The notes under the pieces were generated by a model. The model was not told the origin of the DNA and searched no databases. It saw only the letters and a program-made list of their open reading frames with translations. Shown here in pieces: positions 11,345 through 22,200 of a stretch of DNA of 64,000 bases. Origin of the DNA: an uncultured Planctomycetota bacterium (GTDB lineage: Bacteria > Planctomycetota > Planctomycetia > Isosphaerales > Isosphaeraceae). Where the stretch lies: NCBI GenBank assembly GCA_963845755.1, contig CAWJTV010000049.1:64001-128000 (forward strand), read 5' to 3'. Position 1 is the stretch's first letter; the number at the start of each line of letters is the position of its first letter. The translations under genes and the position numbers were made by a program.

Positions 11345-13672
11345 ATGTGGCGGAATCGTGCAGGACTTGACCGATCGCTCGGCGGACTGGTGATCGGCTC
11401 CCTCGTGATGCTCGCCATTGGGCTCGAGTGTCGGGGCGATACGGTCATCATGAAAAACGGCCTGGTCTTCATGAGCCAGGGCACGCCGGACAAGGACAAC
11501 TCGCTCGTCTACATCTGGGATGGCCTGAAACGGGTCATCGTGCGGGACACGAAGGTCGAGAGGATCGTGGCGGACAACGCGTTCCGGACGGGCGAGCGGT
11601 TTACGTTGATCCAGCCCATCGTGGTACACGGCGGCGCGATGCCGCGGGAAGTCTTGAGCGTGAAAGCCGGCCCCTGGGATGATCGAGGCCGCCGCGAGTT
11701 CCGCTATATCGGCTCGAGAGCGGATCGGCAACTGAGCATGGAGCAGGCGATCATCGAGATCGGGCCTCATGTGGTTCGATACCGCGGGATCGACGGGTTC
11801 TGGCTGGGGGTCGTGGAGACCGGACAGGTTCCACGCCCGGTGGTGATGGCCCTGCTGGGTCGAATCGATCCGAAGAACTCCGGTGAGCGGGAACGGATGA
11901 TCCGGTTCTTGATGGATGCCGGCTGGTATTCCGAGGCCAAGAAAGAGCTCGACCGACTGGTCAAGGATTTCCCCGGGACCGACCTGGGCACGCGTGCGGC
12001 CGGTGCGCGCGTCTTCATGGTCCAGGCCGAGGCCAACCAGCGGCGGTCCGAGATCGACCTGCGCCGGAAGGCCCAGCAGTACCTGGCCGTGTCGCAGCTA
12101 TTGAAGACCTTCAGCGACAAGGGAATCGGCACCGAGCTCCAGCTCGAGGTCCGCGAGATCGAGCGACGCGACGCCCAGCAACTGGCGGCGAACAAGACCC
12201 TGGCCACTGAGCTGCGTGAACTCTTCGGCCGGCTTTCCAGCGCCTCACGGACGCCCTGGCAGAAGCGATTGGTGGAGGTCCTCAAGGCCCTCGACGAGGC
12301 GCCCGACGCGGTCCGCGATCGGTTCGCCGCCTGGCAGAAAGCCAAGACGGATCCGTCGTCGAACGACGAGGCCCGGTTCGCGCTGGCGATGTCGGGCTAC
12401 GTCGTCGGCCAGGACGCCGCCGTCTCCGAACTGGCCGGCGCCGACGCCCTCTGGCAGGCGCGCGGCGCGGTCGTCGGTTACCTCACGGGGGTCGAACCGT
12501 CGGAACGGAGCATCCAGGCGGCCAGTCTCGAGGGCCTCTCGTGGCCGGGTCTCCCCGGGACACCCGACATGATCCGACGGCTGGAGCTGCTCACCCGGAT
12601 CGTTCAGCTCATGCCTCCACCCCGACACGATAGTTCGGAAGTTGCCGAGAAGACCATGTTACATCGCGTCCTCGAGGACGAGAACGCCGCGCCCACCGAG
12701 TATGCCGTCCGGTTGCCGCCGGAGTACCATCCGCTCCGCAGTTACCCGGCCGTCATCGTCCTCCATTCCGGGCAGAGTCCCAGCGGCGCCATCGACGAGT
12801 GGGCCGCCGAGGCGGCGCGACACGGTTATATCCTCATTGCGCCGGAGTATAACCTGCCCGGCCAGGCGCACGACTATCGATACACGACCAGCGAGCACGC
12901 CGCCGTCGAACTGGCGCTGCGAGACGCCCGCAAGCGCTATGCCATCGACAGCGACCGCGTCTTCGTAGCCGGCCAGCTTACCGGCGGCAACATGGCCTGG
13001 GATTACGGCCTGGCCCATCCCGACCTCTTCGCCGGAGTCGTCGTGTTCTCCGGATTCCCCGCCAAATATGTGCCCAAGTACCTCCCGCACCACGAGCGGC
13101 TCCCCTTGTTTTACGTGATCGGCGAGCTGGCCCCGGCGGCCAACGAACTCATCTTCTCCAAGTACATCAAGCCGAAGATCCACAAGGGATTGGACGTCAC
13201 CTACATCGAGTACCAGCGTCGCGGTCTGGAGTCGTTCCCCGAGGAGGTCCCTCGGGCGTTCGACTGGATGGACCGGCACCGACGCGATCCCTATCCGAAG
13301 TCGTTCGCAACCCTCTCTGCCCGCACATCCGACGACCGGTTCTACGGCGTCGTCGTCCGCGCGTTCTCGCCGGGCCACACCACGGCGCCCGAGGCGGCCG
13401 ACGTCTTCGGGCAGAATCTCAATCCCGCCGAGATCCGGATGACCTCCAGCAGTCTCAGCAATCTTATTCGGTTGGACCTCAAGGGCGTGCAGCGGCTCGA
13501 TCTTTGGCTCAGCCCCAAGGTGGTCGATTTCAAGAAGCGGCTGGAGATCCGCGTCCAGGGCCGGCCGTACTCCAAGGGCACCGTCAAGCTCGACCTCGAG
13601 TCGATCCTGGACGATCTCCGCGTTCGTGGTGACCGGCAGCAGCTCTACTGGCATCGGATGACGATCGAGTAA
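11345..13672 (+). CDS. Exported protein with C-terminal alpha/beta-hydrolase fold (nucleophile degenerate)
   Basis: Signal peptide, LPPEYHPLRSYPAVIVLH and IDSDRVFVAGQLTGG. GAGGGA RBS before the ATG at 11345; ORF is open from 11267. Confidence 0.8.
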   Translation: MWRNRAGLDRSLGGLVIGSLVMLAIGLECRGDTVIMKNGLVFMSQGTPDKDNSLVYIWDGLKRVIVRDTKVERIVADNAFRTGERFTLIQPIVVHGGAMPREVLSVKAGPWDDRGRREFRYIGSRADRQLSMEQAIIEIGPHVVRYRGIDGFWLGVVETGQVPRPVVMALLGRIDPKNSGERERMIRFLMDAGWYSEAKKELDRLVKDFPGTDLGTRAAGARVFMVQAEANQRRSEIDLRRKAQQYLAVSQLLKTFSDKGIGTELQLEVREIERRDAQQLAANKTLATELRELFGRLSSASRTPWQKRLVEVLKALDEAPDAVRDRFAAWQKAKTDPSSNDEARFALAMSGYVVGQDAAVSELAGADALWQARGAVVGYLTGVEPSERSIQAASLEGLSWPGLPGTPDMIRRLELLTRIVQLMPPPRHDSSEVAEKTMLHRVLEDENAAPTEYAVRLPPEYHPLRSYPAVIVLHSGQSPSGAIDEWAAEAARHGYILIAPEYNLPGQAHDYRYTTSEHAAVELALRDARKRYAIDSDRVFVAGQLTGGNMAWDYGLAHPDLFAGVVVFSGFPAKYVPKYLPHHERLPLFYVIGELAPAANELIFSKYIKPKIHKGLDVTYIEYQRRGLESFPEEVPRAFDWMDRHRRDPYPKSFATLSARTSDDRFYGVVVRAFSPGHTTAPEAADVFGQNLNPAEIRMTSSSLSNLIRLDLKGVQRLDLWLSPKVVDFKKRLEIRVQGRPYSKGTVKLDLESILDDLRVRGDRQQLYWHRMTIE

Positions 13673-13932
13673 GCCGCAGCGCGTTATTACCAAGGCCGGC
13701 ATTGACGTCTGGGACGACCGGGCCTGGCGGAGGATCGCCTGGCTCAAGCCCGCGCCATGATGGAGAGGACCTGAGGTCGGACTTAGTTTCTGGTTTCTTG
13801 GCAGGGAACCACGGGGTCAGATCCGAATGGCACTCGAATTTTGCAACGTCTTACATCTCAATCAGTTGTGTCGTTGTGATCCGCTTTCATTCGTTGTCCC
13901 TCGCCGTGGGTCGCTTCATTTCCGTTCCACGA

Positions 13933-14247
13933 CTAATGCGAGATCGGCTCCTTGACGGAACGGACGAAGTGCATTCCCTTGCCCTGATCCTTGAGCTTGG
14001 CGACGAGGGCCTCGGCGTCGGCTTTCTGGGGATAATCGAACGTCGCAACCGTGCGACCACCCACATCACAGACGGCCCAGACGATGCGCGTCCGGGCGGT
14101 CGCGGTGGGTTTGGGACGCCGCTCGGATTCCGTCCTGGCTCGAGGACCTTGCCGGGCCGGGGTTCCGGTCTGATCAGTGATTCCCATCGCCTCGGCGGCT
14201 TCCGCCGCGGCGCGAAGCTCCCGCCGGTTGAGTGTGCGCCGTGCCAT
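13933..14247 (-). CDS. Small basic hypothetical protein
   Basis: 104 aa, GGAGG RBS, starts 1 nt after the GNAT stop (operon). Confidence 0.75.
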   Translation of the reverse strand: MARRTLNRRELRAAAEAAEAMGITDQTGTPARQGPRARTESERRPKPTATARTRIVWAVCDVGGRTVATFDYPQKADAEALVAKLKDQGKGMHFVRSVKEPISH

Positions 14248-14248
14248 G

Positions 14249-15280
14249 TCAGGTCAATCCTCCTTCAATCAAGTCCTTGCCCGGCGCCCGCGCCGGGCTG
14301 TCGAGGGCCGTTGATGAATGGGGCAGCCGGTAGAGGGTCGCTTGATCGATCACCGCGCAGCCAAGCGCGGCATAGAGCGCCAGCGCGGGCTGGTTTTCCG
14401 CGTCCGTCTGGATCTCGACCAACTGGATCAAGTTCGACCGTGCGTGCCGAAAGATCTCGCTGACGAGGAAGCGGCCATAGCCCTTGCGCCGATGTTCCGG
14501 GGCAACTTCCAGGTCGATCAGGCCGATGCGCGCCCGTCCGTCCTCGCGGCCGAACCAGCGCATGTCCCAGAAGGCGGCGTGCGCCAGCTCGGTATGGTCG
14601 GCGCGGGACACGAGGCGCGCCTCCGACACGGGAAGCTCGCCGAAGGCCAGTCCTTGCCACCAGTGCGCGGGTGGTGCGTCCTCCTCGATCTCCAGGTGGG
14701 TCTGACGTCGGATCAAGGCGCTGCGGGGATCGCGCGGCTCGGGCGTGCTGAGGTCCGCCTCCAGGAGCACCGTCGAGCCGACGGGGACGTAGCCCCGGTC
14801 GAGGACTCCGCGTTGGAACGGATGGTGGCCGGAGAGGATGCCCGCGCCCTCGCTGCCACCAGAGATCCCCCAGTAGAAGGGGTTCAGGGGAAAGCGGCTC
14901 CCGGCATAAAGCACCTTGGCACCGCGCCGGCGGAGATACGCCTCGGCCGCCTCGATCAGTCCGCCGATCAGCTCGGAATCCTCGAGCCCGGGTTCGACGA
15001 GCAACATGACGATCGTTCCCAGGTCGAGGCAGAGGTCGAGCGGCCGGGTGGATCCCACGGGCAATTCCGGTCCGAATCCCGCATGAGCGAATCCGACGAT
15101 CCGGCCGTCTCGCTCCGCGACGATGAGACCGGCCGCCTCGAAAGCGACCGAGCCCCAAGCTTGCGTACTGAGCTCGTGCACGCGGAGCGGGCGTGCGGTC
15201 GCGGATTTGGGAACCGACTGGTTCCAGATCCGGGCCAGGGCCGGAGGGTCGTTGTTGCGAAAGGGGCGGAATCGCGTCAC
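14249..15280 (-). CDS. Tandem GNAT N-acetyltransferase
   Basis: C-terminal LEVAPEHRRKGYGR and NQPALALYAALG motifs plus an N-terminal GNAT-like fold; probable GTG start at 15280. Confidence 0.88.
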   Translation of the reverse strand: MTRFRPFRNNDPPALARIWNQSVPKSATARPLRVHELSTQAWGSVAFEAAGLIVAERDGRIVGFAHAGFGPELPVGSTRPLDLCLDLGTIVMLLVEPGLEDSELIGGLIEAAEAYLRRRGAKVLYAGSRFPLNPFYWGISGGSEGAGILSGHHPFQRGVLDRGYVPVGSTVLLEADLSTPEPRDPRSALIRRQTHLEIEEDAPPAHWWQGLAFGELPVSEARLVSRADHTELAHAAFWDMRWFGREDGRARIGLIDLEVAPEHRRKGYGRFLVSEIFRHARSNLIQLVEIQTDAENQPALALYAALGCAVIDQATLYRLPHSSTALDSPARAPGKDLIEGGLT

Positions 15281-15396
15281 CGGTTTGGATCGCCGCGTTC
15301 GACGTCGAGCGAGGCGAGAATCATCCCCGCCCCGGCGATCGTCCGTCGTCTTAAGATTCAGCCGCATACACGAGGGCAGCCAGTCGGGCGTCCGGT

Positions 15397-15705
15397 TCAC
15401 GGGACGGCGACCAGCACGTCCTGACCCTCAACCTTCACTTCAAAGACGCCTTGCTTGATCTTCGAGCCCAGCGGCGTCTTGCCGGTTCGAACATCGAATT
15501 GCCAGCCATGCCAGGGGCAAGTCACCGTCGTCCCCTGGACCTGTCCGTCGGCAAGCGGCCCCCCTTGATGGGGGCAGATCCCATCGATCGCCGAGATCAC
15601 ACCATCCACGTTGAAAAGGGCATAGATCCGGCCCTCGAACTCGACCTCTTTCGCCATACCCGCGGAGAGCTCGTCCAGAGTCGCCAACTTGACAAAACGC
15701 GGCAT
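15397..15705 (-). CDS. Rieske [2Fe-2S] ferredoxin
   Basis: CPHQGGPL and CPWHGWQF motifs; GGAG RBS before the ATG at 15705. Confidence 0.93.
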   Translation of the reverse strand: MPRFVKLATLDELSAGMAKEVEFEGRIYALFNVDGVISAIDGICPHQGGPLADGQVQGTTVTCPWHGWQFDVRTGKTPLGSKIKQGVFEVKVEGQDVLVAVP

Positions 15706-16087
15706 ATCATCGTCTCCCGACCTGTCCCGTCTTCGGCCAGCTCCCACGCCGCCCTCGTGCGGTGCACAGCTCCCTCACCCGGGCCGGTCGGGTTGGCCCC
15801 GCCTGATCGTCGCAGGTATCCCCAGTGTAACACAATCGCGCGGGATTTCTCAAATCCCGATGAGCCCCGTCAGCACCATAACGGTTCAAACCAGGAACCG
15901 GCCCGACCGTTCTACTCAATCTGCATGGGGTGCGGCCATAATGAGTCCTGCGCGAGCGGACTCCCGATTCCCGATCGGGATGGGTCGGCTTCCCTCGATC
16001 GGGAATCGTCCCGGGGCCATCAAGAATCCCGTTGGGGCCCGGAGCCCAGGCGGGAGTCGTCGCGGATCCTAGTGCGAGGGCAGGGCG

Positions 16088-17212
16088 ATGGATACGGTGC
16101 GCGTCGGCTTGATCGGATCGGGATTCGTGACGGCGATTCATCACGAGGCATTCCGGCGGGTGCCCGGGGCCGCGGTCATCGCCGTGGCATCGCCGACGCC
16201 CGGTCATGCCGAGCGATTCGCGATCGAGCGCGGGATCTCCCACCACTTCACCGATTACCGCGGGCTGCTCGACCTCAAGGACGTGGACCTGGTCGTGCTG
16301 GGCCTTCCCAACGACCTGCACGCTGAGGCGACCTGTCTGGCGGCCGACGCGCGGAAGCACGTCGTCGTCGAGAAGCCCATGGCGCCCAGTCTGGCAGAGT
16401 GCGATCGCATGATCGCCGCCTGCGAGCGAGCGGGAGTCCTGCTCGGTTATGCGGAAGAACTCTGCTTCGCGCCCAAGTACGTGCGCCTCAAGCAACTCAT
16501 CGACGAAGGTGCCCTGGGTAAGGTCCATCTGGTCAAGCAGTCCGAAAAACATGATGGCCCGCACGCGAACTGGTTTTACGATACACGCCGTAGCGGCGGA
16601 GGCGTGACGTTCGACATGGGCTGTCATGCCATCGAGTTCTTCCGTTGGTTGCTCGGAGATGCGTCAACGGGGGTCAAGGCGCGGGTGACCGGCGCCTTCG
16701 CCCAGATGAATACCTTTGTGCACCACGACAAGACCGATGGCGACGACGAAGCGCTCCTGATCCTGACCTTCGAGGGCGGCGCCATCGGGTTGGCCGAGGA
16801 AAGCTGGACCAAGCCCGGAGGCATGGACGATCGGGCGGAGGTTTTCGGGAGCGAGGGCCAGGCTTACGCCGACGTGCTCTTCGGCAATTCCCTTCGCGCG
16901 TTCTCAGGGCGCGGTTACGGCTATGCCGTCGAGAAGGCGGGGGCCACGGCGGGCTGGTCGTTTCCGATCTACGAAGAAATCTGGAACTACGGATTCCCGC
17001 AGGAGATGGAGCACTTCGTCGAGTGCGTTCGCCAGGGGACCGTACCGCGCGAAGATGGCCGGGACGGCCGCGCCGTGGTCGAGGTTGTCCACGCCCTCTA
17101 TGCCTCAGCCGGCTCGGGTCGTCGCGTCGACCTGCCCTTCGAGAGCGAGGCCGCCCGCCCGATCGAACACTGGAAACCGATCGGGTCGGTCGGGGCAGTC
17201 GCCGGCGGCTGA
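16088..17212 (+). CDS. Gfo/Idh/MocA family oxidoreductase
   Basis: GLIGSG, VEKP, SGGG..FDMGCH motifs. Confidence 0.93.
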   Translation: MDTVRVGLIGSGFVTAIHHEAFRRVPGAAVIAVASPTPGHAERFAIERGISHHFTDYRGLLDLKDVDLVVLGLPNDLHAEATCLAADARKHVVVEKPMAPSLAECDRMIAACERAGVLLGYAEELCFAPKYVRLKQLIDEGALGKVHLVKQSEKHDGPHANWFYDTRRSGGGVTFDMGCHAIEFFRWLLGDASTGVKARVTGAFAQMNTFVHHDKTDGDDEALLILTFEGGAIGLAEESWTKPGGMDDRAEVFGSEGQAYADVLFGNSLRAFSGRGYGYAVEKAGATAGWSFPIYEEIWNYGFPQEMEHFVECVRQGTVPREDGRDGRAVVEVVHALYASAGSGRRVDLPFESEAARPIEHWKPIGSVGAVAGG

Positions 17213-17216
17213 GATG

Positions 17217-17597
17217 TCAGTGGCCGACCGCCTCCCAGCGGCCAAACGCTCGATTACAGGCGGCCACAGCTTGTTCGTAGCGCTCCTTGTCTTCGTCGTA
17301 CAACGATCCCGTCTCCAGGGGCAGCCGGCGGACGGTCTCGGCGATCTGGTCGCGCGCCCCGAGCATCTGATGATAGATTCGCTCGTAAGCCTCGCGCTGC
17401 GGATGATTCCCCAGCGTGTCCAGCTTCTGCCGCATCGCCTGGATTCGCTCCTCGCACGATCGGAGACTCTCTTCCAGCGTGCCGCGCTCGCGGAAATGCA
17501 CGCGCTGCGGATAGGTCGGGCTCTTGTAGGGATTGCGCGCCGGCGAGCCATCCGGCGGCTGATTCGCGATCTCCGAGTTGCGAGACGATTCCGACAC
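17217..17597 (-). CDS. Hypothetical helical protein
   Basis: 126-aa ORF with ordinary globular/coiled composition, convergent with the oxidoreductase. Confidence 0.65.
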   Translation of the reverse strand: MSESSRNSEIANQPPDGSPARNPYKSPTYPQRVHFRERGTLEESLRSCEERIQAMRQKLDTLGNHPQREAYERIYHQMLGARDQIAETVRRLPLETGSLYDEDKERYEQAVAACNRAFGRWEAVGH

Positions 17598-18037
17598 GAA
17601 TGAAGCCTCCCATACGATGAGCGAGAGCAGGGGGAGATCTTGGCCCGGATTCGATCCAGGGGACCCGGCCGATCCTCACGTTGAGGCGATTGGGCCCCGA
17701 CGTTACAATTCTGATGCCTTCGCTCACCGATCGCCAGAGCATCCCCGCTTCCCGTGGATGGAGGCGCCCTGCACTCGGCCCTCTCAGGATGCGAAAACTG
17801 CAAGGATTGCGACCTCGTGCCGACTTTCGCAACAGATTATGAGTCAGTGCCTTGCGCGGATTGTTGGCGTTGGGGAGCGTCGCGCTCCCTGCGAGGCCGA
17901 CCTGCAACCATTTCGGATCCTCGGGATTGCAGGCGGACCGGCAGCGAATGGATCGTCTCTGGGTGGACTTCCAGATCTTCCGCGTGTTGACGATCTCGAG
18001 CACCCTTGCGAATGCTGAATTCACGGAGGAGCAAACA

Positions 18038-18975
18038 ATGCCGGAGCGCGTGGTTTTGACCGGTGGGAGCGGATTCTTCGGTCGCCGGATCGCCGAGGCC
18101 CTGCGACGCCACGGTTACGATGTATCGACACCAGGTCGACCCGATTTCGATCTGATGGACGCATCCTTGACGCGCCGGGCGATCGATCGCCTGCGTCCGG
18201 AGACGATCGTTCACTCGGCGGCCTATTACGGCGGCCTGGGGATCTGCATGGCCGAGCCGACGCAGATCTTTCACCGCAATATCGTGATGGGTGCGAACCT
18301 CCTGGAGGCGGCCGCTCGGGCCGGCGTTCGCAAGATCATGGCGATCGGATCGGCCTGCTCGTATCCCGGCGCGGTGGCCGGCGACATGAAGGAAGACGAC
18401 TTCTGGTCGGGTCGGCTCCATCCTTCGGTCGAATCCTACGGATTCACCAAGAAAGTCCTCGAGGTGGGACTTCGCGCCTATGGACGAGGCTACGGGATCG
18501 TCGGCCAGATGCCGATTGTCACCAACCTCTACGGGGAATACGACGTCTTCGGCGAGTATCGGTCCCACGTCGCGGCCGCGCTGATCAAGAAGTTCGCCGA
18601 TGCCGTCCAGTCGCGGGCGCAGCGCGTGGTCTGCTGGGGAACCGGCGACCCGTTCGCGAGTTCATCTACTCCGGGGACGCCGCCGAGGCCGTCGCCCGGC
18701 TGCTCAAGAGCGGTTACACCGAGCCCTTGAACATCGGGACCGGCATCGGGACCTCGATCAAGGAGCTGGCCGAGCTGGTCGCGCGCCTCACCGGCTTCCG
18801 GGGCGAGATCGTCTGGGACACATCCAAGGCCGACGGCGTGCTCCGCAAGGTGCTCGACGTCTCGCAGATGGAGAGCGTCCTCGGCTGGAAGCCCCCGACC
18901 AGCCTCGAAGCCGGCCTGAAGAAGACGATCGGCTGGTATCTCGAGAACAAGACCGAGGCGGATGCTCGGCTTTGA
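18038..18975 (+). CDS. fcl: GDP-L-fucose synthase-like NAD-dependent epimerase (frameshift ~18650)
   Basis: GGAGGAG RBS, TGGSGFFG, GSACSYP, YGFTKK, TNLYG, SHV..ALIKK, WGTG; continues in another frame as REFIY...NIGTG...WDTSKADG. Confidence 0.85.
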
Positions 18976-19025
18976 GAGTCTGTTCCTTGGGAGTCGAAAC
19001 TCAATTTCGTAGGGCGGATCGCACC

Positions 19026-19070
19026 AGTCCCGCCGCAACCCCGGGGATCGCCCGGGGTTGCGGCGGGACT
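19026..19070. repeat. Perfect 20-bp inverted repeat hairpin (REP-like or terminator)
   Basis: AGTCCCGCCGCAACCCCGGG-gatcg-CCCGGGGTTGCGGCGGGACT. Confidence 0.85.
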
Positions 19071-19252
19071 ACGGGAGACAATGCGGCAGGATATGGCGGG
19101 GCCACCTTAGTCCTGGGGCTGACGCCCGTGGCTACGGCAATACCGCCCGCTACGCGGGCTTTCGGAACAGACTCCCAGGGGATCGACGACGACAAGGGTC
19201 GATACCCACCCCTCGGAGTATTCACGCGCCGCCAAGGAGGGAGGTGGAATCG

Positions 19253-22200
19253 ATGCGAGACGCCACGGTTCTCGCAATGCTTCTGATAATCTGGGCCGCC
19301 GGACCCCGGTCCGCGAACGCGGCACCGCCAAGGCTGCCCGCGGTCGCCGACGGCTGGTCCATCGAGCTGGTCGCCGAGGCGCCCCAGGTCCTGTACCCGA
19401 CGGCGATCGTCGCGGCGCCCGATGGCACGCTCTATCTCGGCTCCGATCCGATGGACATGCCGGGTCCAGTCAGCTCGCCGATCGACCGCGTTTTGGTGAT
19501 CCGCAAGGGGAAGGCCACTCCCTTCGCCGACAAGCTCTGGAGCGTGATGGGTCTGGAGTGGATGGATGGGACGCTCTACGTCGTCCATGCCCCGTTCCTG
19601 TCGGCGTTCCGAGACATCGACGGCGACGGCAAGGCCGACACGCGTGTCAACCTGATGACCGGACTCGGACCCGAGCGGCCCGGTTTCAATGGGATCAATG
19701 ATCATATCGCCTCGGGGATCCGTCTGGGGATGGACGGGTTTCTGTACATCTCGGTCGGCGATAAGGGAATCCCCCGGGGCGTCGCGCGCGACGGGACGAC
19801 CATCCGGCTTTTTGGCGGCGGCGTGATCCGAATTCGCCCCGATGGGACCGGCCTGGAAGTCGTTACGACCGGGGAGTGCAACCCGCTCTCGGTCGCCCTC
19901 TCGGCAACGGATGAAGTCTTCACCTTCGGTAACGACGACGACAGCAAGAAATGGCCCAACAGTCTGACCCATCATATCGTCGGAGGCCACTATGGTTATC
20001 CGTACCAGTTCCTGACGTCCCCGCAACGCGCCCTGCCGATCATGGGCGGGCAGATCGGCGGAGTCGGGGCGCAGGGGATTTGCTACAACGAGGATGGTCT
20101 CCCCACGGAGTACCGGGGCAACCTGTTCTTCTGCGATTGGGGGCTCCAGACCGTCCTCCGCTTCGAGATTCGCAAGGCGGGCGGAACGTTCGCGATCGGA
20201 CGACGCACTCCGCTGGTCACCAAGGGCGAGGTCACGGATTTCCGGCCGTTCTCCCTGGCCGTCTCGCCCGACGGCGCGAGCCTCTGGCTGGTCGATTGGG
20301 CCTATAACGGCTGGCTGGACGCCAAGGTGAAGACGGGCCGTCTCTATCGGCTGACGTATCAGGGTCCGGGCGCGGTCCGACCGGCATCGCGCCCGACGGG
20401 CCGGGAGCCGGCTGGCCGGATCGCGGCCCTCGATCACCCCGCGCTCTCGGTTCGGATGGAATCCCAGCGAATCCTGACGGCCATGGGATCAGCGGCGGTC
20501 GCGATGCTGGTCGATCGACTCAAGGCTGCCGAAGCTCCCGAAACCGGCCGGATTCACGCGCTCTGGGCACTCGACGCGATCGGCGGTCCTGAGGCGCGGA
20601 GTGCCATCGGCTCCGTCCTCTCCGATTCCTCGCCGCAGGTTCGGCTGCAATCCGTGCGCTCCGCGGGCATCCGCCGGGATCGATCGGTCTCACCGGATCT
20701 CGCTCGTCTGCTGAGAGATCGGGATCCGGCGGTCCGTCGGGAGGCAGCCATCGCGCTCGGGAGGCTGAAAGACCAATCCGTGGCGCCGGCCCTCTACGCC
20801 GCACTTGGCGATTCCGATCGATTTGCCGCGTGGTCGATCCGGCGGGCGATTCGGGATCTCGGTGCCTGGGATCGAGAAGCCCTGGTGGCCGCCCTGCTCG
20901 ATCTGCGCCGGACCGAGCCCGCTCTGGATTTGACGGATGAGGCGTGGTCCATCCCGGTCGTCAAAGCCCTGTCCGAAGCCCTGGGCCGGACCGGATCGCC
21001 CGCAGTCCGGGGCCGGATCGTGGCGAACCTGTCGGGCCTGTATCGCGGCTATCCGGAGTGGCCGGGCACCTGGTTCGGGACCAATCCGCTCGCGGGAGAC
21101 TTTCCGGAGAAGACCCGCAACTGGTTCAACGGAGGGTATGACGGAAGTCATCCGGGGTCTCACGCTGGGACTGGCCGATCGGGATAGCTTGGTTCGAGCG
21201 GCGGCCATCGACGGGCTGAGCCAGGCGGGCACGACGCCGTCCCGCAGCTCCGCGCGGCGATCGCCCGGGAGCGTGATCCGCGCAACCAGGCCGCCCTGGC
21301 CGAGACACTCGGCAAGCTCGGCGATGAGGCATCCGCGCCGATGCTCGCGGTACTCATGGCCGACGCCCGGTATCCCGAGGTGGTTCGCGCCGCGGCGTTG
21401 GGCGGGCTATCCACATTCCACGATCGTCGATCGCTGAACGCGCGACTGGCCTTGATCTACGACTCGAGCGCCCCGCGGGGCTCGTGGCCGACGCACTTCC
21501 CGGCCTGGCCGCCCTGGGACTCCTACCGACTTATGACCTCGCATCGTTCCTGGAGAACAAAGCGCCCGCAGTCCGGGCGGCGGCGCTCTTGAGCTTCAAT
21601 GTCAAGAAGGCGTTGCCGGTCGACCTGAAGCCAGCCGTGCTGAGCCGGCTCGACGATCCAACTCGGGAAGTCCGTGAGGCGGCGATCCGGGCGGTGGTCG
21701 CCTTGCGGATGACCGAGGCCGTCCCCCGTCTGCTCGTCCTCGCCGGCAAGCCGGAATCTCCCGAACACGATTCGGCCATCGCCGCCTTGTGCGGGCTACC
21801 CGATCCCCGAGCCTTGCCGATCTACCTGGCGGCCCTCGAAGATCGCAACCCGCAACTGCGCCGCGCGGGTGAGTCGGCACTGGTCGCCATCCGCGACCGT
21901 GTGCGAGGACCGATCGCAGCCGCGGCACGGTCCGCGTCCTTGTCCGGCGAGGCGGTACTGTCGCTGGATCGAGTCCTCGCTCGCTTCGAACCGATCCGGA
22001 GCTGGCGGGTGATCGGTCCGTTTCCCCGGGCTACCCCCCAGGTATTCGTCGGCGAAACCGCCATCGATTTCACACGAGTCTATGCGGGTGCCGCTGGCCG
22101 ATCGATCGGCTGGTCCGCCCGCCAGGCCAATCCGAACACCGGCCGAGTGGACCTGGATGACATGAAACTCGACGTCCGGCGATCGCGGACCCTTCGGGTA

